A stretch of DNA of 64,000 nucleotides from IMG/VR virus record IMGVR_UViG_3300025424_000009; one strand, given 5' to 3'. Positions 59,001 through 64,000 of this stretch are shown piece after piece. Under the pieces are notes generated by a model, which was not told the origin of the DNA, ran no database searches, and was given only the letters and a program-made list of their open reading frames with translations. The DNA is from a virus. How positions within the stretch are numbered: the first letter of the stretch is position 1; the number at the start of each line of letters is the position of its first letter. The position numbers and the translations under genes are program-made.

Positions 59001-61689
59001 CATCACTTTATCTTCCATTTCAGCAGGGACAGGTATTTATTATAATAATACAACAGGTGTTATAACATCAACAATAACACAATATACTGATAGTAATGCT
59101 AGGGCTGCTATCTCTCTTACTACAACAGGTAGCAGTGGTTCTTCATCTTATTCCTCTTCTACAGGAATATTAAATATTCCAACATATACATTAGTTGGAT
59201 TAGGAGGATTATCATTATTAGGAGGAGATTTAACAGGAACAGCAGGATCTGGTTATCATGGATTTATTTCTCAATCAGCAACACCTTCTACTCCTTCTTC
59301 AGGATTTAGATTTTATGCCGATAGTACAAATAGACTTTCCTGGATAGGAACAAATGGATATACAAGAACATTTGATGGGACATCTAACACTGATAATAGA
59401 GTATATACACTTCCAAATAGAGATATTACATTTGATAATATTACAACATCTTCCACCACTAATGGTACAGGATTCTTAAAAGGAAATGGCTCAAATATTT
59501 CTTTTGATAATAGCACATATATTACAGGATCAGCAGGTTCTAATGGACAAATACAATTCAATAATTCTGGAGCTTTTGGAGCTTCAAGTAATTTACAATG
59601 GAATAATTCTTCTAATTATTTAGGGATAGGTCAGCTTTCAACTCCATCAGGTACACCTACTACATCAACAGCAACAACAGGCGGTACTTTAACTGCTTCT
59701 ACATATTATTACAAAATAGTTGCAATAGATGGTAATGGTAATACAACATTAGCTGGAACAGAAAAATCTCAAACAACAACAGGAAGCACATCAACTGTAA
59801 CAATATCATGGACGACAGTAGCAGGGGCATACTCTTATAGAATATATCAAGGTACTGTTTCTAATTCACAAACACAATACCTAACAGCAACAACAAATAC
59901 TGTAATAGATATAGGAAGTGGCTACACTACAGGCAGTAGTTTACCAAGTAGTAACACTACCTCAATGAACTACATAAACAGCAGTTCAAACAACTTCTTA
60001 AACGGTATTACAGTTGGTAAAGGTAATGGTAATTTATTTAACAATACAGCAATAGGTGTTGGCGCATTAAATGTTACAATAGGATCAGCAAATACAGCAG
60101 TAGGATATAATGCATTGTTATCAGTCACATCAGGAAGTAATAATGCTGCTTTAGGTTCAGGTGCAGGATACCAAATAAATACAGGGGCTAGAAATTTAGC
60201 AATAGGGACAAGTACATTAGCTGCTTTAACTTCTGGAGGGAACAATGTAGCAGTAGGATATACAGCACTTAATGGAATAACTACACAATCAAACAATGTA
60301 GCTATTGGGGATTTATCAGGTAGATTTATATCAGGAGGTTCTACTGCTAATACAGGCTCTTCAAATAGTGTATTTATTGGACAAGCCTCTTATCCTTTAG
60401 CTGATAATCAAACCAATCAAATAGCCATAGGCTATCAAACAGTAGGCTTAGGGTCTAATACATCTGTAATAGGTAATTCCTCAACCTTAGTACATGGTAT
60501 ATGGGGGAGGACACTAATAGGTACATCAACATTGCCAAGTGATGATGGTAGTACGATGTTGCAAGTTGGAGGTAATATTAGCATTAATACAATGCCATCT
60601 AATCTAGCTCTATTAAGTGTTAATCAACCTACTACAGGTATAGGAACAATAGTAATAAATAGTTCAGGAGCTGTAACAGGTACAGGTACACAATTTACAA
60701 ATACATTTAAACTTACAGATACCTTTACTTGTAATTCTGTACTATATACCATTACAGCTATTTCTTCTGATACAGCAATGACTGTATCTCCTACAACAGC
60801 TCAAACTAGCCAAGGATATACATTAACAGGAGGTAGTAGATTTAATGTTTATAGCAATGGAAATATAACATTTGGAGCTAGCTCAGGAACAATTGGAGGT
60901 GCTAATAGTAAAATGTGGTGGGATGCAGCTAATAACGCTCTTAATATAGGAACTTCTACTATTCAAAGTAGTTATTTATTAAATGTTAATGGTTCTGCAA
61001 ATATTAATTCACAATTGTATATAGGTGGAGGTTCTGGTAGGGGCATCTTTGTAAATAAAGCAGGTTCTTCCCCTACATGGATTTCTGTAGCACTAACTAA
61101 TACTACAGTTTCAGCCGACTTAGGGTTAGCAGGAACAACAAATGATTTTTTCGCAGGCACATCAGCTAACGATATATGTTTTAAAGCATATTCAAATAGT
61201 GGTAGTTCAAGATTTTTTATAGGAGCAACTGCTGTATCAGTAGCTAATATAGTTCTGTTTTCATCAGGAGCTATTGTTATGGGAGCTACTACTGATGATA
61301 CTATAAATAAATTACAAGTATCAGGAAGAACTAAATTAAATGGACAAGTTTCTTATGGTGGAACTACACCTACAATAGCTGCTGGAACAGGAGCTGGGAC
61401 ATCTCCCACTGTATCAATAGCAGGAACAAATAATGGAGGACTTGTAACAGTGACAACTGGAACTTTACCTTCAACATCATCCACTGTAGTTACTATAACA
61501 TATACAGGAGCTTTTGCAACAGGAAGTCAAGTAGTATTATACCCCACCAACAGTAATACAGCTTTATTATCAGGAGTATCTATGGTATATACAACAGGAA
61601 CCACAACTACATTTACAATAACAGCAGGAATAACAGCATTAACAGCAGCAACAACTTATGCATGGGCTTACCATGTAACAGGATATTAA
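56017..61689 (+). CDS. Long modular tail fibre (1890 aa)
   Basis: VGIGTTSPTEKLEVNG, GGTSAQYLMADGS repeats, NTAVGYNAL repeats; Gly/Ser/Thr/Asn-rich. Confidence 0.8.
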   Translation: MTIYSPIVSGSLEVAGNVVVSGSGDSLLDIVATDQGPWTFRMFNTTFSSSAALEGFIWDTGRASIGTEIDNTIELSTNNRYDNPQFTISSSFVKIDSVPLLIRNSSAQWVDNDGNVNAQINSDGSGYLGGSNPYGGNILFNNNGNFTINSDNYGDAFFQVASQSRYIFIGDLNNDNNSTYIKLDDNTQTITANATNGYTFSGGNANFNNSAIGNFDNNNWEILENGLVRGTSLQAIDAYNSFEADINWNNGFIGLGTDNNSYAYSYQLNANGIAVSYFDYIGNQNTFNSNAYSVQGTYGTDGSSYQLAGNGINLVYQNNSIFNIDANGNVTANSFIKTGGTSAQYLMADGSVSSGPTVYSTLSQILTNGNTTSGNNIIISDNDSIYAADFNTDYSNPTSQFVIRGSNAAIGGTSQGGGNIIIQGGASYTGESQTAGDVILKGGVNNYAGPLNNGYVRLFTANTERVTVDSANGYVGIGTTSPTEKLEVNGNVKVSNRITADDGTFNQTLSVGGASAGSTGDIAASGDVYGNSFITSGGTSAQYVAGDGSLITFPTIPSVGTWGALNYPTWSSGTPFIKMTTAGTFALDTNTYLTSVGIANLTATGTPSSSTYLRGDNTWATISGTISGLTSGQVAFANDTTSITGSSNFTWNNSTGQLSTTNTGVNTIPLIINRTGNNSPALGGDLGSRSIASFTAGSNVTYIHQGAISNLSGLTLNPFGSYVSIGGTYNSQGSTLNVYGYGTTHNSNSFTVWNNLGNYGNINASFPMFNVSSGGNVTIGFDYNTSFTVPSSLFQVYQSNTGIGTVSTSGTTVTGTNTQFTNTFKVGDTITIASVAYTISAIASNTSMTTSTLPTLSNQSYNVSSANRFNVYGNGNIVFGSTSSMWYDARYGALNIGSSASQSTYKLNVSGSVNATSYNVSGGTSTQFLKANGTLDSNTYLTSGAASGSYQPLNSNLTSISGLSYSSLGFLKMTAAGTFALDTNSYYLSSNPSNYITLSSISAGTGIYYNNTTGVITSTITQYTDSNARAAISLTTTGSSGSSSYSSSTGILNIPTYTLVGLGGLSLLGGDLTGTAGSGYHGFISQSATPSTPSSGFRFYADSTNRLSWIGTNGYTRTFDGTSNTDNRVYTLPNRDITFDNITTSSTTNGTGFLKGNGSNISFDNSTYITGSAGSNGQIQFNNSGAFGASSNLQWNNSSNYLGIGQLSTPSGTPTTSTATTGGTLTASTYYYKIVAIDGNGNTTLAGTEKSQTTTGSTSTVTISWTTVAGAYSYRIYQGTVSNSQTQYLTATTNTVIDIGSGYTTGSSLPSSNTTSMNYINSSSNNFLNGITVGKGNGNLFNNTAIGVGALNVTIGSANTAVGYNALLSVTSGSNNAALGSGAGYQINTGARNLAIGTSTLAALTSGGNNVAVGYTALNGITTQSNNVAIGDLSGRFISGGSTANTGSSNSVFIGQASYPLADNQTNQIAIGYQTVGLGSNTSVIGNSSTLVHGIWGRTLIGTSTLPSDDGSTMLQVGGNISINTMPSNLALLSVNQPTTGIGTIVINSSGAVTGTGTQFTNTFKLTDTFTCNSVLYTITAISSDTAMTVSPTTAQTSQGYTLTGGSRFNVYSNGNITFGASSGTIGGANSKMWWDAANNALNIGTSTIQSSYLLNVNGSANINSQLYIGGGSGRGIFVNKAGSSPTWISVALTNTTVSADLGLAGTTNDFFAGTSANDICFKAYSNSGSSRFFIGATAVSVANIVLFSSGAIVMGATTDDTINKLQVSGRTKLNGQVSYGGTTPTIAAGTGAGTSPTVSIAGTNNGGLVTVTTGTLPSTSSTVVTITYTGAFATGSQVVLYPTNSNTALLSGVSMVYTTGTTTTFTITAGITALTAATTYAWAYHVTGY

Positions 61690-61699
61690 ATACAAACTT

Positions 61700-61999
61700 A
61701 TGATAACATTTACAAAATCAATAGAACTAATAAAAGATGAATTATTTAAACCCCAAATGGGAACATTCACTTTATTAGATGGAATAATTACAGATGAAAA
61801 TAATGTTCAATATGTAAAACTACAATTTGAACTATTACAAAATCATCAATCAGGAAATAAAACAGTGAGAACTGGAATAGTATCAGTACCTAAACAAATG
61901 TTTGATACCTTATCTATCAGTTATGACGGACAAATAGGAACTCCATCTGCATGTAAAGATTTATTACAAAATTTTAATATCAATGACTTAAGTGACTAA
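61700..61999 (+). CDS. Small tail-fibre-associated protein
   Basis: Directly follows the fibre gene. Confidence 0.5.
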   Translation: MITFTKSIELIKDELFKPQMGTFTLLDGIITDENNVQYVKLQFELLQNHQSGNKTVRTGIVSVPKQMFDTLSISYDGQIGTPSACKDLLQNFNINDLSD

Positions 62000-62002
62000 T
62001 AT

Positions 62003-62380
62003 ATGAAACAAATCATCATTTCAATTTTACTGATTATAGTAGCTATTCTATTAATGTTATTATTGTTAATACCAGCTATAATTTGGCAATGTAGATGTAT
62101 ATTTAAAGAACATAAGCCTTACTCATACATGTCAAATCTTCTATTCTCTATAGCTCAATGTATAGACGAATTAGGAAATGTTGCATATCAAGAGTTATGG
62201 AATGATGTATTGATTACAAGTAAAGGTTACCGCTTCGGTCTAGCAAGTGAGCGTATCAGCAGCGTAATCGGAAAAAACTTATTAATGGGTACACTATCCC
62301 CTACAGGAAAGTGGTTAAATAACATACTAAACAAAATAGAACCAAACCATACAATAAATTCTATACAAAGGAATGTATAA
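62003..62380 (+). CDS. Membrane-anchored conserved phage protein
   Basis: N-terminal TM; IDELGN...RFG..SERISSVIGKN. Confidence 0.6.
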   Translation: MKQIIISILLIIVAILLMLLLLIPAIIWQCRCIFKEHKPYSYMSNLLFSIAQCIDELGNVAYQELWNDVLITSKGYRFGLASERISSVIGKNLLMGTLSPTGKWLNNILNKIEPNHTINSIQRNV

Positions 62381-62416
62381 TTATACTATCTTTGCAATAA
62401 ATTAAAATTAAATTAA

Positions 62417-62809
62417 ATGGAGTTAACAAACAACGAGTTATCAATTCTAGTAGAAGAAATCAACGATGCAATTGGTAAAATAAGTAAAGAAGGCGGACAG
62501 CCTCTTAAGTTCAATCTTACTGTACTATTTGAAAAAGCACTTGAAGGTATAAAACCCTTTAATAAGCTAAAGGAAGAGTTTTTAAAAGAAAAAGGAACCC
62601 CAGGAGAGAATGGTACCTACTATATCCCCCAAGTAATAGATAAAGATAAACCTATTACAGAAGATAATCTAACCACTGAGTTTAAAGAATTCTTAGATTT
62701 ATTAAATCAGAAAGTAGAAATTACATTTAAAATGATTCCTGTTTCATATTTTGAAAAGTTAAATTCAGATAAGCTATATCCTATTCTATCTAAGTTTGTA
62801 GAGTTGTAG
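62417..62809 (+). CDS. Hypothetical helical protein
   Basis: ORF preceded by TATCTTTG (62387-62394), a -7 element without a clear -33. Confidence 0.6.
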   Translation: MELTNNELSILVEEINDAIGKISKEGGQPLKFNLTVLFEKALEGIKPFNKLKEEFLKEKGTPGENGTYYIPQVIDKDKPITEDNLTTEFKEFLDLLNQKVEITFKMIPVSYFEKLNSDKLYPILSKFVEL

Positions 62810-62839
62810 TTTAGGTATTTCATCCTAGAGAATATAGTT

Positions 62840-62869
62840 GATATTTATTATTATAGGGTAATAGCCCTA
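62840..62869 (+). promoter_or_regulatory. Copy 3 (21-bp core) of the dispersed late promoter element plus hairpin
   Basis: GATATTTATTATTATAGGGTA then TAGGG-TAATAG-CCCTA. Confidence 0.75.
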
Positions 62870-62888
62870 AGTAATTAATTTAATCAAA

Positions 62889-64000
62889 ATGACTGAAAAA
62901 CTATCAACTACAGGGGTTTATACCAGCGAAGTAAACCAATCGTTTATAGCTCCCATACAAGTACCGGACGGATGTGCAATTGTAGGACCTACTCAAAAAG
63001 GAGAGGCATATGTACCTACTAGTGTACAATCACCAGGACAATTTAGTGCAATATTTGGTACAGAAACTTCTAATACCTATGTACCTCAAGCTGTGTATAA
63101 TTACCTACAAGCAGGTGATTCTATACTAGTTACAAGAGTATTAGGTAATGGGGGTTGGCAGTATACCCCAGCTAAATCCTTAGCTGCAATTGTACAACCG
63201 GCCGTATCAGCTTCTCTAGGAAGTACAGCTTCAGTAAGCATACCTACTGCATCTTTATTAAGTTCTATATCAGGGTCTAATCAACAATTGATTACTCTTG
63301 CAGGAGCAAATACAGAATATTTTTATGGATATGATCCTACTCCAGTAGTAGTATCAGGATCTATAGTAGTAGATGTTCCAGCTACTGCAACTTTATATAT
63401 TACTGACACAGGTAGTATAGGTAGTAATGTTATCTATACCTTAAATGACCCTCAATCAGGAAGTACAGTATTAGGGTCTTACAGTCAGATAACAACTGGA
63501 TCTTATTTATTAGATGTAGCTTACGCAATAAGTTCTTCAATATCAGGTAATTCACTAAATTACACAAGCTCTGTAGATTCTAAAGGTAATGTTGTAATAA
63601 CAGCTCCCTACGGAAAAGGAGATACTTTAAATGGAAGTTTAATTACTCTATCCTCTGTACCAGAGGTTAGGGCATCTGGTTCATTATTAATACCAGCTCC
63701 AAGTGCTATTAATAATTCTTATATGATAGTTAATCTATCAGGTACAAGGTTATTTATATATAATCCAGCTTCTTATTCAACTAATGATTTAGGTAATCTA
63801 GTTGCATCACAAGCCAATGCATCAAGTGGATTTAGTGCTTCTTATAACTCAGGTACTACCAAAGTAACCTTTTATGCACCAATCGGATTAGGTTATTCTG
63901 GAAATAACCTTGTCGGTAGATGTAATATAGGGGCTGTAAGTAGCTTTACATTTTCAGGAGGATCTTACGGAACTCATACAGAATCTCCAGCTTATACTAC
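62889..64000 (+). CDS. Tail sheath protein (gp18-like), 3'-truncated by the window end
   Basis: MTEKLSTTGVYTSEVNQSF...AIVGPTQKGEAYVPT...FSAIFG...LVTRVLG; translated by hand over the N-terminal part; absent from the ORF track. Confidence 0.85.
   Translation, partial: MTEKLSTTGVYTSEVNQSFIAPIQVPDGCAIVGPTQKGEAYVPTSVQSPGQFSAIFGTETSNTYVPQAVYNYLQAGDSILVTRVLGNGGWQYTPAKSLAAIVQPAVSASLGSTASVSIPTASLLSSISGSNQQLITLAGANTEYFYGYDPTPVVVSGSIVVDVPATATLYITDTGSIGSNVIYTLNDPQSGSTVLGSYSQITTGSYLLDVAYAISSSISGNSLNYTSSVDSKGNVVITAPYGKGDTLNGSLITLSSVPEVRASGSLLIPAPSAINNSYMIVNLSGTRLFIYNPASYSTNDLGNLVASQANASSGFSASYNSGTTKVTFYAPIGLGYSGNNLVGRCNIGAVSSFTFSGGSYGTHTESPAYT

Noticed and set aside
1446-61160. Minus-strand ORFs in the track (e.g. 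5599..6003, 35627..35875, 44797..45108, 46937..47281, 59970..60296)
   Set aside because: All lie antisense to strong + strand genes; their hydrophobic Ser/Phe/Leu-rich sequences are the expected shadow of Lys/Glu-rich sense codons
56017-61689. Diversity-generating retroelement template/variable repeat pair in the tail fibre
   Set aside because: Repeats differ at all base types and lie within one ORF; no reverse transcriptase in the window
1-64000. Stop-codon reassignment (code 15 or 4) as in some large Bacteroidota phages
   Set aside because: Genes are full length and densely packed under the standard code; TAG and TGA end genes at sensible positions
1-64000. tRNA, rRNA, group I/II introns
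   Set aside because: No cloverleaf or T-loop pattern seen in the few intergenic gaps, and conserved genes are uninterrupted apart from the inteins; tRNAscan-SE and Infernal were not run

Overview
AT-rich segment of a large T4-like (contractile-tailed) bacteriophage genome. Essentially all real genes are on the + strand. The host is most likely Bacteroidota: there are TTTG-N19/20-TAnnTTTG promoters and A-rich leaders without Shine-Dalgarno sites. The window opens with a non-coding region (10-bp tandem repeat, C-tracts, divergent host promoters). It then carries a gp55-like late sigma factor, the baseplate module with lysis genes, an island of early-type small ORFs with DNA primase, and a solo TnpB element. 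Next come a set of small putative head-cargo proteins, a degenerate second terminase gene beside the true large terminase, and a portal with two inteins. The head module (protease, scaffold, major capsid), PhoH, neck and tail-terminator genes, long tail fibres and the 5' part of the tail sheath gene follow. Most notable: a probable programmed -1 frameshift joining two head-region ORFs, a catalytically dead terminase-ATPase paralogue, the doubly intein-invaded portal, an intact TnpB carrying a phage late-promoter motif, a shared N-terminal capsid-targeting-like peptide on unrelated proteins, and a candidate R-loop/G4 replication origin. All product names come from motif recognition by eye; no database searches were run.
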